DNA of 64,000 bases from Octopus sinensis (taxonomy: Eukaryota): NCBI RefSeq assembly GCF_006345805.1, contig NC_042999.1, positions 88,598,001 through 88,662,000 on the forward strand. Reading direction: 5' to 3'. This document shows, piece after piece, positions 12,330 through 26,577 of the stretch. How positions within the stretch are numbered: the first letter of the stretch is position 1; each line of letters opens with the position of its first letter. The notes beneath the pieces were generated by a model, which worked only from the letters and a program-made list of their open reading frames with translations, made no database searches and had not been told where the DNA came from. Both the position numbers and the translations under genes were made by a program.

Positions 12330-12569
12330 ATAAATGTACCCTTTTAAAGCCTAACCAGGCTCATGGGTTTCAATGGTGTATGTGTTCCCCAGCTGGATGC
12401 GACACCAGTCCATTGCAGTGTTACTCATTTTTGCCAGCTGAGTCGATGGAAGCAATGTGAAATGAAGTGTTTTGCTCAAAAACACAATGTGTTGCCCGGT
12501 CCAGGAATCGAAACCACAATCTTACGATCATGGTGCCGACACCCTAACCACTAAGCCAGGCGCCTCCAC
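12330..12569 (-). mobile_element. SINE family B
   Basis: Colinear with 3899-4150. Confidence 0.85.
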
Positions 12570-12599
12570 ATATACATACATATATATAAATTTATGGTG

Positions 12600-12820
12600 G
12601 TTATCTACTCCTTATGCAGTTTGACCAACTCCTGTACCTACACTTTAGAACCATCATGGCATCTGATATGGCTTTCTAAACCAGACAATGTTTTGAAAAG
12701 ACACCCCCATAGATTGCATATTCGATTTGGACCACCAATTGCTGCAGTTAAATTCTGATCTTTGTAGATCTTAAAATGTCTTTTGAGGCCTCCATTAGAT
12801 CTGCAGACCTTTTGGCTGGC
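12600..12820 (-). mobile_element. LINE 3'-end relic with two C2H2-like zinc knuckles
   Basis: QKVCRSNGGLKRHFKIY and CNLWGCLFKTLSGLESHIRCH in ORF 12638-12874; isolated between microsatellite and SINE, so read as a LINE tail rather than a host ZNF exon. Confidence 0.5.
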
Positions 12821-12899
12821 ATGCATACATACATACATGCATACATGCATGCACACACACACACACACATACATACCTACCTACATACATACATATAAT

Positions 12900-13192
12900 G
12901 GATTCTGTTGTCATTAGACAATGTATTCAACAATTTCTTACCAAACAACCACACAGATGATTTGCTTATAGTGATCAAATGCTTGTGTAAGCATTAGCTC
13001 ACTCTCTCCATCAAATCGACATTACCTGTATAGGTGCACCATGTGCCACATGTCAAATGTTGAAATGATCGCAGAGTAACTTGAAATGAAGTGCTTTGCT
13101 CAAGAAAACAACGCAATGCCCATTCTGGAAATGAGACACTTGATCTTGCAATCATGAGTGCAACACCCTAACCACTAAGCCATGTGCCTTCA
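12900..13192 (-). mobile_element. SINE (B-related, different 3' part)
   Basis: CACCCTAACCACTAAGCCATGTGCCTTCAC head on the minus strand; 3' part resembles 60330-60490. Confidence 0.65.
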
Positions 13193-14179
13193 CACACACA
13201 CATGCACACATATATATAAACATACATATATAAGTAAATGTGAGTGAGTGTGCATGTGTGAGTGTGAGTGTGTGTGTGTGTTCTTTCATTTTGCATAGCG
13301 GCTGTAAACAATCATCCCTGTCTTACAAGTACTGTTCTTTATTTCCATTCTTCCACCAAAAGCATTTTAGCTTGCTTGGAAACAGGTGGAATTGGTAACA
13401 GGAAGGACATCTGTTTGTAGAAAATTTACATCAATAAATCAATCTGACCAAATATGATGATAGTGAAGATGTTGATGATGACCACAATGATGATGAGGAG
13501 AGGGAAGAAGGGGAAAAGGAGAAAACAGAGGAAGAAGAATATTAAGTGAAAAATGTAATATGATTCTGTGAAATTGATAATTTATTTTCTGTAAGATAAA
13601 TGGACTATGGAAATGTTTTAATAAAACCGCCAATGAAATTCATATTTGATAATAAATAAGGAGTAAATTATCACTGGTAAAATAAAAGTAGAGGAGCTGC
13701 TTTGGTGCTTTTCAGCATTCTGGAGATTTTCATTTATCATTATTTCTGTTCATTTTGTTTAAACTAAAAATGAAAACTAGATTATCATGCCAGCATTTTT
13801 TCTACCCCTTCTATTTACTGGAAGGCCTTCACTTCAGCCATTTGACCTTGTCAGCAATATTTTATCACTTTTGTCATATTAAGGAGGACTAGCTCTAAAG
13901 ATGTGTTTGTACCACATTCTGGCTAGAAACTTTATTTTTAATATAGCTTACAAGAGTGAAACAATATTAGGTCTTCATGTTCCTGCAAATATGATGGAAA
14001 AAATTTGAGTGGGAGATACTAACAATCTCAACACGATGTATATTCACTAATACCAGTAAAGCAAATTTTTCTAGGCTCACATTTTGAAAATCTTTATTTT
14101 ATCTTATTGCAAAAGATGCTTAATCCAGATAGAATTTAAGGAAATGCTTATTTTTTTTTTTTTAACTCTGGTATTTTTT

Positions 14180-14345
14180 CTATTGGTTTCGTTTTTGAAC
14201 CACTAAGAAGTGACAGGAACATAAACACACCAACACCAGTTGCCAAGCAGTGGTGGAGTACAGACACAGACACACACATAAACATACATATATATACACA
14301 ATAGAATTTCAGTTTCCATCAACCTAATCCACTAACTGTATCATA
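14180..14345 (-). mobile_element. SINE family A internal fragment
   Basis: CCACTAAG...AAACACACCAACACCAGTTGCCAAGCAGTGG...TTTCAGTTTCCATC. Confidence 0.65.
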
Positions 14346-14944
14346 ACTACAATGTTTTGCTTCTTTCAGATTGTTAAATCTATATTTCATTCATCTTAAA
14401 CTCATCCAATACATTTACTTATTTCTTCTCTTCTGACCCTTATTCTAAAAACAACCCTCTGAACTGCAGGTCTCTGGGCAAAGCAGTGTATTAGGGACCT
14501 ACATAAACTGTAGCATACCTAGATTAAGCATTGGTTCCTTAGTCTCATAGTGCCCCCTGGATGGCCAACGGCCCTATATGTCCATGCCTTTCGATGCCAG
14601 TACCTGTAGCAACTACATGTTCACTAAAATATTCTTACTCACAATGATAATTCCATCAAGCTCTTTTTTAACAGATGCTTTCATGCAAGCATTAGCCTGG
14701 CATATTTTATTATGAATACTATTTGTATTAATCACTTCCAATTAGGCTTTAAGGTTCAAAGGTCATTAAAAAGCTAGGCACCTCAATGAAGCAATTAAAC
14801 ATGTGTGAGCATACACACACACATATATATATATATAAATATATGTATCTTTCTTTCTCTCTCTCTCTCTCTCTCTCTCTGTACACATACACACACACAT
14901 ATATATAAATATATGTATCTTTCTTTCTCTCTCTCTCTCTCTGT

Positions 14945-14975
<31 letters not shown>

Positions 14976-15842
14976 TCTTCAGTACTCAAACTATACCAGT
15001 ATGTGCACTGAGTTGTATGCTTACTATTGGATGTTTATAATTTAACCATTCTTTTTGTAGGTTTGTTTTATCATGTCTGACAGGATCTAACCCCCACCAC
15101 TACCAACAACAACAAGACCAACGAAAAATATAAAATAACAGTGACAACAACAAGACGTATGAAAGCATAAATCAACACTGACAGCATTTCAACTCATAAT
15201 CATAAAATTATCAAATCGGATGCCCTATCCCTCAGCTCAATTACTTACTAAAGATGAAGTATTTTTTATCTAAAATAATCTATTCAAAATGTTACTATTA
15301 ATTCTTTTATCCTATTTACTAACCTCATGCCATGAAAGATGTCAAAACAATGAAATATATAAAAGTATTACATTTACACTGAATTTCTTTGCGCAAACCA
15401 ATTCTTAAAAGAAAAAAAATACATGGAAAACATTTTAAAATGTTTGTTGGTTTTTTTATTTTTTTATTAATTTTACTTAAACTATTAATTCCTTTTTAAG
15501 ATTGGAAACAATTTTTTATAGCAATAATAAATTTTCTTTTACCTTTCTTATAAAATCTCCCATGAAAGTCATGTTATATTTATCAATGCATTATTTTTAT
15601 TTACCAGTACATATAATGTATGTATGTATGTATGTATGTATGTGTGTGTATGTATGTGTGTGTGTATGTGTGTGTATATATATTATCCAAAATGTATGTT
15701 TATATATTTGTGTGTGTGCGTACATATATATAAATCCAAATGTATACAAATACATGCACACACACACAATTGTATTTTCATATTTTCATGTGTGTAAATG
15801 TAAAGTGTAAAAGATGGATGTGTATATGTGTATACATTGTAG

Positions 15843-15904
<62 letters not shown>

Positions 15905-16179
15905 TACACACATATACGTGTATATATTATATTATATAACAATACATACATGTAAACACACACAAGTGTGCATGCACACACACTCACACACACACACACA
16001 CACACATACATAAATACTGTTTACATTATTTTTTCTGTGTCTACAAACACCTAAATGTACAATCATACTGGTAACATATACTCATTCATATTAATAAATC
16101 TTTAACATTACATCTCTTTTTGCATACATACATACACACATATATGTATATGTATGTATTGGATACATATATATATACA

Positions 16180-16253
<74 letters not shown>

Positions 16254-16546
16254 TATACACACATGCACACATGTACATACAGACAACCAAAATAAAAAGG
16301 AAAGAAATTCTGTTCTCATACATAGTCCCAGTTTTCTTTCTTTTTCAAAGCATCCACTTACTGTCCGTGTGATTGATGTTATACTATACAGCATGGTGGC
16401 TGCATATGCATTGAAACAACCCATCCTCATATATAAAGTGCTTTCACTTACTAACTCTTGAAATGACTTCATAGAAATCATTGTAAAGAAAATATAAAAT
16501 AAAAAGAACAATAAAAGAAATTGATGAACAAATAATACATAGTACA

Positions 16547-16585
<39 letters not shown>

Positions 16586-17422
16586 TGTGTGTGTGTAAGA
16601 GAAAAGAAACTACTAAAATGTTGACAGAAAGACAAGATGAGGGAAATTGTGAAAAGGATGGAAATAGCAAAAACTAAAGACAACATTTTGAAAAGTTTGT
16701 AAAAGGACTCTTTGACCAAATAAAAAAAAATCTCTTCAGTATATTTGGTATTGAAGCTGTCACTTGTCAGATTAGAAAATGTCCCATTTCATGGCAATGT
16801 CTTTGACAAGTGATCACAAATGCTGTATTTAGAAAACTAAGCTAGAGAGACTATGGTCAATGACTCATAAATTCCCACTACCATTTCATGTTATTAATGT
16901 TAAATTGACATCTTCTTTACCTCATGTTTCGGTTTATTATTGTTTTCTTTTCTTTTCTACAAATAGAAATGTAGATTTAGAGTATCTATAACAAAAGTTG
17001 ACCTCAAAACAAACTGCAGTCTGAACTGGGCTTGCATGCATTACCAAGACATTGAAGAGAGCTGATCAAGAAGTTTTCTTAAGAACAAAATACAGTAAGT
17101 AGAAGAGCCTAGCCATGAATGTATTATTGGTTCATGTAACATGGCATGGTATTTCAATCATATTTTAATAAGATGATTATAGTTGTTGGATAGAAAATAT
17201 AGCAATGATGGTGGAGGTGGTGGCTGATGATAGTGATGGTTGCATGACTAGAGCTGTACTTTCTCGAACCAAATGCAGCCAGTGTATTTATTTTTATCAT
17301 TCTTGGATAAAGTCTCTTAACAATGAACTCACTACTAAGTATTACTAACAATTCGTAAATATTTATTGTATAATAACAATAAATCATATGTGCATACACA
17401 TACATGCACACATATACATATT

Positions 17423-17820
17423 CTTTTATTCTTTTACTTGTTTCAGTTATTTGACTGCAGCGACCATGCTGGAACACCACATTTAGTTGATCAAATCAAC
17501 CCCAGGACTTATTCTTTGTAAGCCTAGTACTTATTCTATTGGTCTCTTTTCCCAAACCACTAAGTTACAGGGATGTAAACACACCAACATCGGTTGTCAA
17601 GCAATGGTGGGGTATAGACACAGACACAAATACATACATATATATATATATATATTATATATATACATGATGGGCTTTTTTCAGTTTCCATCTACTCAAT
17701 CCACTCACAAGGCTTTGGTTGGCCAAAGGCTATAGTAGTAAAGACTTGCCCAAGGTGCCACACAGTAGGACTGAACCTGGAACCATTGGTTGGGAAGCAG
17801 ACTTCTTACCACACAGGAGA
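17423..17820 (-). mobile_element. SINE family A, near full length
   Basis: TTCTTTTATTCTTTTACTTGTTTCAG tail through GGACTGAACCTGGAACC...CTTACCACACAG head. Confidence 0.85.
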
Positions 17821-18090
17821 ATGCATTACTCCAATGTATCAGTTTTAGCATGGTCTTTAAGCCTGGATGCCTTTCTTAACATCAATCACCTTACAGAGTG
17901 TCCAAGGTGCACCTTTCTCATAGCAACGGCACTTTAATCTTGTTCTCAGCAAGACTAAAGGCACATACACACACACATACACACGCACTAACACAACAAG
18001 TTATTTATCTCTGTATCTGTGTTGATCTTTTTGCCAGGCTGTGCTACTTAGTGGTTTTAAAGTTTCTTACAAATGCATATTTTCAGTATG

Positions 18091-18163
<73 letters not shown>

Positions 18164-18699
18164 TATACATATATTCACATATACGTATACACACACATAT
18201 GTCTACATATACATATACACACACATATTCACACACACACATTCACACATACACGCATTTCCTTGTACATTAGGCTTCTCTTAACTAGTTTCCAAAGGTA
18301 AACATACAATGCGTTTGTAACACACAAACTCCAAAGTTATGAGTATTTTGCTCATAAAATCTCTATTAACTTAGTTAATTGATCATTAATATCAAATAAT
18401 ACAGAAAATATTTCCATGTAATTTAATTTGTATCTGTAAAATCATGTTATTAATTTTAGAATTATTATTGAATAAAATCTGTATTTATTGCTTGAATTAG
18501 CTGTATTTTACTTTTGATATGCTAGTATGTTTAATATAACATTGTCTGTATTTGCATTCATACTCTTTTTTACAATCCTCAAGAGTATTGTTTTAAAAGC
18601 TTAAAATGGATATTTACAACATTATTTTTGATTATTTCCCTATCCTGTCCTGAAAATGGCTGTTAAATGAATTGAAGGTGGGCAAAGTTTTGATGGACT

Positions 18700-19290
18700 G
18701 GCCAAGAATCTTAAAAAAGCAATCATCATAGTAATAAGTTGGATATCTTAAAGAAGCAAGAATAAGGTGATAAGATATCACTAACTTCTACAATCTTTCT
18801 TTGTCAATTCTTGTCACTATTGACAACAAAAAAAAGGAAAGAAAGAAATAGAACAAATTACAATATGTCCAAACCTCTTTAAGTGTAAAGATGGTAAGTA
18901 TGCATCAACAGAATGTGATTCAAGACATGAAATGTGTGTTAACACTGTGGCTTGATGATGTCGGTGAATTTCCAATGAATATTGCTCCTGCCCAAGAAAA
19001 TACTTTTGCTTTATATGAAATCTCATAGAAAAATCTGAAGAGAATGTTGAATTTAGAGTTGCTGTTGTTGCTGTCCCAGGATTTACAGCAAGTTCAGATT
19101 GGTTTGACTGCTTCAACAGGTGGTGCAATATGTACCACTTAAAAAAAGAGTATGGCAGCATGTATGATAAACAGACAGCAGCTGAGTGTCTAAGTATTTT
19201 GAAGGGAAATTATATTTTGGTATAGATATATTCTTAACAAATTGCTAATTTAAGCAGAAACACCTTTTACTGAAAAGAAAGCCCAGTTGC
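18700..19290 (+). pseudogene. Tigger/pogo transposase relic (CENP-B-type HTH domains)
   Basis: Broken frames read KLDILKKQE*GDKI, MKCVLTLWLDD, QENTFALYE and FTASSDWFDCFNRWCNMYHLK, matching Tigger KLDIIKR.E.G / LWL.D / F.AS.GWF.RF. Confidence 0.75.
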
Positions 19291-19984
19291 AACAGGCATG
19301 ATTAATATATCAAAGGTGACCTCCAGAAGACAAGAAACCTCTGAGTACAAGATCTCAGTTCTTCATAGTATATATGTGCTAAGGGTTATGTAAAACTGAA
19401 GCCACTCTTGTTAATTCTGTTACCTCAAAAACACAACTCAATAAATTCAATCAAAGGACCATAGTGCATTCTCTACACCCACAAGCAGTTGATTGTGATA
19501 GAAAACTAAAGGCTCAACATCAAACATCAAACATATGTTTTGAATCGGTTAAAGGAATTAAACAGGTATGCAAATTTTCAAGTTATTTAGAGATTCAACT
19601 AATTTGGATTACTTTGTAATTATTTACACACATTGCTTTGAGATATTCTAACAAGAAGAACATATCCCATAAAATACTGTAATTGTCTGATAATGCTCCT
19701 TATATTATCAACTTGTCTTATCTCAGTGACCTATTTTGGATGAGGTCTCTTCCTCAAAATCAAAACTCAATAAATCTAGTCAATGGACCATAACATATTC
19801 TCTGCATCTCCAGGCAAATAATTCCTGCAGTTGATAGTTTCACCATCAAAGAAGTTCAATATCAGGTAAATTTGAACAACAAGAAAAATGCATTCCAATG
19901 TTGTCCTTTACTGACCAAGCTTTGAAAATCCTTGTAAGCAATACTTTAATATTAATCTTGATCATAATACTGAAACTGCCCATG

Positions 19985-20095
19985 CAGTGCGAAATGCTTA
20001 GCAGCATTTTGTCCGTCTTTATGTTCTGGGTTCAAATTGTGCCACAGTTAATTTTGCCTTTCATCCTTTTGGGATTGATAAAATAAGTACCAGTA
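19985..20095 (+). mobile_element. SINE family C fragment
   Basis: GAAATGCTTAGCAGCATTT...GGGTTCAAATT...GCCTTTCATCCTTTTGGGATTGATAAAATAAGTACCAG. Confidence 0.75.
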
Positions 20096-20310
20096 TATTA
20101 TTAAGTATATTTATATATCTATATATTTCTAATACATGATTTTGTGCACATAATAATTTTACAGCAAAATATATTTTACTAAGTTATCTTTTATCTCTCA
20201 TCGTTATTTTTCCTATGACTCAAATATACTGAGCACTTTGGTGTGCCCTACACATAGAGAAACTTTCATCTCTTGAAAATAAATTATATATTTATATACA
20301 CATACCATAT

Positions 20311-20401
<91 letters not shown>

Positions 20402-21449
20402 ACATTTATATATTATTACATTTATATATTTGTTTTGCAAGATTCTTGATGTGAAATCGTGGGTTGAAACAGATGTTGTATTTAGGAATGGTCATGTTTC
20501 CAGTTTAGTCAATAAAAACACACACACTATATATTTGGTGTTAATTTGCTTCAGCTTTTTTTATTCTGTGAACTCATCAGTGGTCCTTTGCTTTCTTCTT
20601 TCTTATTTGTGTGTCTCTCCTTACTAACGGTCAGCCATTTTGTATTCCTGTTGTATATGAAAGAGAATAGGGTAGAGGCAGATAAGAATATTGTGTTAGA
20701 CTCATGTAATAACTATATTCTTGAACACTCATATACTGCATACTACATTGCATAATATTCTTCATACTCTAATTAAGTAATCTACAATATTTGATAATTT
20801 ATCCTAAATTTTTATTGTCTGAGAGACAATATGTGTGGCTCTGAAAGCATCAAAACTTATGAGGCACAAGTAGATCAAAAGTAATATAGAAGTGTGTGTG
20901 TTCATGCGTGAGTGCATGCATGTGTAAGTGTTGTAGTGTGCAGAGAAATACTTTGTTACCTGCTATTTATATCAGTCCACAATTGATCAGTGCAGAAAGA
21001 TTATTCTCCAGGAAACCATTTATGTCAGGTGATCATTGCACACAAAAAGCTACATGCACTTTCAAACGTAAAAGTAATTTCTACAAAACTGTCATTTTAT
21101 ATTATCAAAGATATTCTCTGCCAATTACAAAAAGTAATAATTTCGAATGTCAGCTTTTCTCGTGTATTATTTGAGACAAAAAAAAAAAAGAAAAATCACT
21201 TTCTGTAATTTTATTACACTACAAGCAAGGAAACATTTTAAGTTCTTTTCTCTTTTTTTTAATGAAGAATCAATAATTATGTTTGATCAATAATTATCTA
21301 TGACAATTCTCATAGAACAAGGATAAGCTACTGTTTAGGTAAGTCTGCTACAACCCAGTTTTGATTCTCTTTGTTGCAGTAATTTCTCTTCAATTACATT
21401 GGAAATGACAGTTGTGGTTAGCAAAGTTGATAGGGAAGTGGAAGTGAAG

Positions 21450-21790
21450 GTATATGGCCTAGGAATCATGAGTTCTTGGCTCCTGATCATAAGTTAATGA
21501 GTTTAATTTCTGAACAAGGAAGTATGTTTTGTCCTTGAGCAAGGCACCTCATTTCCCATTTCTCCAATCTGCTCTACATTAATGAATAATAGCCAGGTTT
21601 TGGTGCAGCCCCCTCTCTGTCACACTCTGGGTGTTCCAAGGTGTATAGGGAGAGAGAACAATGAGGTTATTTATATCTACATAAGTGCCTAAAACAATTG
21701 CTGGAAGTATAGCAATTCCTACCAAGCCATACTTGCTCATGGGTATTTGACAATCATTGAGTAAAGGGATTAATAATTCATGCCCTTGTA
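21450..21790 (+). mobile_element. Old tRNA-headed SINE
   Basis: ATGGCCTAGG...GAGTTTAATTTC...GTCCTTGAGCAAGGCACC head; decayed. Confidence 0.5.
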
Positions 21791-23504
21791 ACTAGATCCT
21801 ACCCCAGGTGGAAATAGATGGAGAGGTTGCCAGCTGAAGAAATGGCTCATGACAGTCAAAGCAGGTATAGAGCTCGTTTCCAGCCCTCGATTCCTTGGTG
21901 TTTGTTGCTGGAACTAGGAATGGCTTCAACACGCTGCAGAATTGGTTGCTAACAGACATACTTGGACCACTTCGACTCATGAAACAGTGAACTCAATAGG
22001 AGCTGGCTTAACCCCTCTTGGATGAATGCCATTGCAAGGAGGAGGAGGAGGAGGAGGGGGAGGAGGAGGAAAACTGCTGCTATACATGTCTTTGTCCAAA
22101 CTATTTTTACTCCAATTGACTATCTATTTGAAAGGGAGTTTGTATCATGGTCGAAATTACTAATAAGCATGAGCAATAACAATTCAGAATCGTTAACTTC
22201 TTGTTAACTAATATTACCATCCGCTACCACCATCAAAGAAATACTTGAAACTGAGGGTCATAGCTCTGATACCTTTGTAAGAGAAATTTTAATGACTAAA
22301 TAACTTTGTTTTCAAGAGAAAATATTTATCTTTTGTCCCATGACTTTCAATGGTTGAGAAAATATTTTCTTATTACAGAAAGTTAGTTTATTGCTTTAAA
22401 ATTTCAGGAAAATAGGGCTCCATTTTTTAACAATAAAGCATGTAGAATAAAATATAGTTCTTAAATGTGCAACAAATCACCTTTAGTTTATTTGAACTCA
22501 AGACCTCTGAGCTCAATCTTTACACTTGTACTGTAATGCTTTGAAAAACAGAGGAGTGTCACAGAATCTGATTGTTGCTCATCTTTATTTTTAAGGTAAA
22601 ATGGCTATGTGAGAAATAAATTAATAATAAATCAAGTGATGTTTTTGTAGAACAGCCTTTTTGAAAATGGCTTTTGATGAATTACATCGATTGGAAAACA
22701 GACCCATCAACACTATTTGATCAAAAACATGGTTTTCTCATCTGATTTCTTTGGATTACAGTGCTCTTGTTTTGCAGTGACCTGACCTTCAAAACATGTT
22801 AAGGAAAAATATATGGTACTTAAACTTAAGCAGTTCTCATACAGAGAGAAATGGTAGTTTATAAACAAGAAATATAAGGATAAGTGTTCAAAGGAAATAT
22901 AATGTTGAAAAACAAGGACAGTTCATTGCAGAAAACATGACTTTGATGCCAAACACTTTTGTTCATTAAAAGTTGTGACAAGTTTTTATTAAATAGAATA
23001 AGAAACTGGAAAATGGTTTTTAGTGTAAACAGTCAGCTGAAGACTGCTTTGATTGAAATAACAACTTTTATGTACTCAGTAGTTCTTCACATATTTTATC
23101 AGCTTTCATAATAAACAATGCGGATGATGTGGACGACGATGATGGCAATGATGATGGTGATGATGATGGTAGCAATGACAATGATGAAGATGATAATGAT
23201 GACAATGACAACAACAACAATAAAAACAACAAGAGTAAAGATGAGGATGATGATAGCTATTACAATAATGATAATAAAAATAACATAATTTTTGTGGAAT
23301 TACGATATTGCAGACTATGAAAGCAATCTCAAAACCAACTGACTGAAATATCAACACTTGCCATCCCAGTCTTGACATAATTCAACTTTTGACAGATATT
23401 AAGAAATAGATTCCTTTTTAATGTTAATATCTTTAAAGAAACAACAAAATTTTTATGTCTTCTTAATAATTCATGTTTTATAGATCTACTACACATATGT
23501 TCTA

Positions 23505-23700
23505 TAATTCTTTTACTGCTTTCAGACATTGAGCTGTAGCTGTGCTAGGACACTATCTTGAGAGATTTAGCCAAACAAATCAGTTTCAGTACCATATTTT
23601 ATGTTCGGTACTTATTCTGTCATTGTGTTTTTGTCAAGATGCTAAGTTACAGGAGTGCAAACAAACCAACACTAGTTGTCAAGCAGTGTGTGTAACAGTC
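23505..23700 (-). mobile_element. SINE family A 3' fragment
   Basis: TTCTTTTACTGCTTTCAG...GCTAAGTTACAGGAGTGCAAACAAACCAACACTAGTTGTCAAGC. Confidence 0.65.
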
Positions 23701-23879
23701 ACAAAGATACACACACACAGACACAAATACACACACATACATGCATTTTTACATACATGTACTACACACACACACATCATGGATGAGAAGGCTCTAGTAT
23801 AAACAGACTGAAAACCATTATATATGTGTGTGTGTGTGTGTGTAAACACACACACACATATATGTAACATATATATAAC

Positions 23880-23914
<35 letters not shown>

Positions 23915-23922
23915 CATACATA

Positions 23923-25174
23923 CAGGGGTTGGACAAAATAATGGAAACACCTTAAAATTTCAAATAAATTTGTTTTAATATTGAGTAGGACCGTCTTTGG
24001 CAGTAATTACAGTTTGAATTCTATGAGGTATGGACTTGTACAAAGTTTGAATTGTTTCCAAAGGAATTTTTGTTCATTCTTCAGCTAAAACAGTCTGCAG
24101 CGATGATGGCGGAGGATATCAACTGTTTACTTGTTTTTCTAAACTGCATCATAAATGTTCAATAAAATTGTGATCTGGGGACTGTGGTGGCCAGATAAGA
24201 TGTTCAACTTCACTAGAATGTTCCTCGTACCAGTCAGTAACAACTTTAGCTGTATGAATTGGTGCATTATCATCCTAAAAGATTGTGTTTCCCTCCAGAA
24301 ACAGTTCTACAACCATAGGAAAAATTTGATCAGACAAAATGCTTAAATAGTCTTGACTATTAATTTTACCATGAAGGAAAACCATTGGGCTGGTGAAATT
24401 CCAAGATATAGCTCCCCCCACCCCCAGATCATCACAGATCCTCCTCCATTTTTGAAGAAGGTAGTCTGGGTCAAATGCATCTCTTGGCTGTCTCCACACA
24501 TATACTCAGCCAGTGGTCGGAAATAAGGTAAAGGATGACTCATCCGACAAAATAACATTCTTCCACTGCTCTAGGGACCAATTCCATAGGTTTTTACTCC
24601 ACTCTAAACGCTTTGCAATGTTTGTTTTTGAAAGTAGTGGTTTTCTGTTTGCAGCCCTCCCATGAAATCCAGCTTTGTGCTGCTCCCAGCTAACAGTTTT
24701 AGTAGAAACTAAGTTCTCGAGGTAGTCATTAAGCTCTTCAGTAATTTTGGGAGCTGTACTTTTGTGATCCTTTCTAACAATTTGTGTAAGAGTCCGACTG
24801 TACCTATCTGAAAGTTTTGGTTTTCTCCTAGAGTTTTTTTTTTTTTCCCTTCTTTCTCAAAGGCTCTCATTACTTTTGAGACAGTACTTCTTCATACACC
24901 AAACAATTTGGCCATTTTTGTTACACTAGCACCTGCCATACGAACACCAACAATTTGACTCTTTGAAAGTCCAATAGATCTGTCATTTTAATGAATTTTA
25001 ATTACCTTTTCTGATGATATCTGAAAAGAAACAGCAATTTTAGCAAAATATATTAAGCAACACTAATAATAAATTTAAAAACATAAAAATAAACAAGCTT
25101 TTGACGATTTTATAGATATTTCAAAATTATGATGCTATGATGCTAGGTGCTTCCATTATTTTGTCTAACCCTTG
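23923..25174 (-). mobile_element. Full-length inactive Tc1 (DD34E-type) transposon, 1252 bp
   Basis: TIRs CAGGGGTTGGACAAAATAATGGAAACACC / GGTGCTTCCATTATTTTGTCTAACCCTTG; TA on both sides. Confidence 0.92.
23975..24986 (-). pseudogene. Tc1 transposase pseudogene
   Basis: MTDLLDFQR start; motifs ILSDESSF, GGSVMIWG, IFQDDNAPIH, PQSPDHNFIEH; end IPHRIQTVITAKDGPTQY*; several frameshifts. Confidence 0.9.
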
Positions 25175-25194
25175 TACGTATATATATATATCAT

Positions 25195-26030
25195 CATCAT
25201 CATATCACCATTGTCTAATGTCTGCCTTCCATGCTAGCATGGGTGTGACGGTTTCACAAGAGCCAGCCAGGCAGAAACCTGCACCAGACATTTGTGACTG
25301 TTTTGGCAGGACTTTTTACAGCTGGATGCCCTTCTTAACACCAACCACTCAGCAGAGTGGTCTTAGTGCTTTTTACATGGCACATGCACAGGCAATCTCA
25401 GTTTTGCCAAACTTTTTATGGCTGGATGCCCTTCCAAACACCAACCACTTTACAGTGTGAACTGGGTGCTTTTCGGTGGCACCTGCACTGACAGGGTCAC
25501 CAAGTACTTGCAAGACAAAGTAAAAAGAAACTTTCAAGTGGGGAGGGAAGATTGGCAGATGTGATCTTGTGTCAGATGATGAAAGATTATAGTAAGACAG
25601 AGAGTCAGACACAGGTGTCTTGCTGTAGAGGAGGTATAAGGTTACTCCACTGGAGAGAGAGAGAGAGAGGGTTCAAGAATGAAAACAGAAACAGGTGCAC
25701 TACCACAAAGGAAATGCATGGCTATCCAGCCTGAGGGAAGTGCAGGAGAAGGAGAGAGAGAGTGGGAGACAGCAGGATAGAAATGGTGGCAAAATGCCGG
25801 GCATACTCACAAGGGATGGGGATCAGAGTATAAATGGGATGGTTGAGTAAAGAAAGAGAGAGATATAATATAGATAGTAGCAAGTGTCAAGGCATACCCC
25901 CGAGGTTCAAACATCATAATATAAGTGGCAGCATATTGCGAAGGAAATGTGATTAAAGAGTGCGGAGTGGGGAAGTGAGAAAAATTTATCGCATAAGCAT
26001 TTTGCAATGAGAGTGGGAGTCTGGCTGAAA
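25195..26030 (-). mobile_element. RTE 3'UTR and tail (pyrimidine-rich UTR variant)
   Basis: (CAT)n tail at 25195, CTGGATGCCCTTCC...CACTTTACAG; purine-rich block is the reverse complement of the 33100-33900 type. Confidence 0.75.
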
Positions 26031-26399
26031 TTGAAATGACATGAAATTACATGTGGCCTTGGCAACTAGATATTGAAAGAAATTGGGGAATCCTAGATTC
26101 ATTGACTTTGTCACATTTGAATAATAATATTGATTCAAGAAAGAACAAGCGAGTGCATGAGTTGCTGATCCATGAATGGCAGCAAAGAAATGGAACAATA
26201 TTTGGAAATTTATTTTAAATATACAACAAACACTGGGGATGGACGTTGAGCACAGGCCTAGTGCAAACTAAGTTTTATGCACCACATAGCTAGATGAGCT
26301 CAGAAGAAAAGCTGTAGTATTTAATAATAATAATTATTATTATAACTATTAAAATATTATACATACATGTATGTATGTATGTCTGCATGTATGTATATG

Positions 26400-26560
26400 A
26401 CTGACCTCCACACAGTTTTCACCTAAGAAATTCTCTTGCTAGACAGTAGTTATCCCAGGGCTATAATAGACGATCCTTGCCCAATCTGCTGCCCAAAGAG
26501 GCTGAATCTGAAAACACTTGGTTGTAAAGCAAACTTCTTAACTTCATAGCCATGCCAGTG
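26400..26560 (-). mobile_element. SINE family A head, decayed
   Basis: CCAGGGCTATAATAGACGATCCTTGCCC...AAACTTCTTAACTTCATAGCCATGCC. Confidence 0.55.
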
Positions 26561-26577
26561 CCTATAAATAAACGGGA

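Noticed and set aside
12638-12874. Host C2H2 zinc-finger gene exon
   Set aside because: No TGEKP linkers, degenerate Cys positions and no splice context; it fits a LINE C-terminal knuckle.
14766-18301. Many ORFs rich in YI, CV, HT, ER
   Set aside because: Translations of (TA)n, (TG)n, (CA)n and (GA)n tracts. The same applies to the poly-L/T/N/D/G ORFs at 23.1, 39.6, 40.1, 47.3, 53.2 and 60.8 kb.
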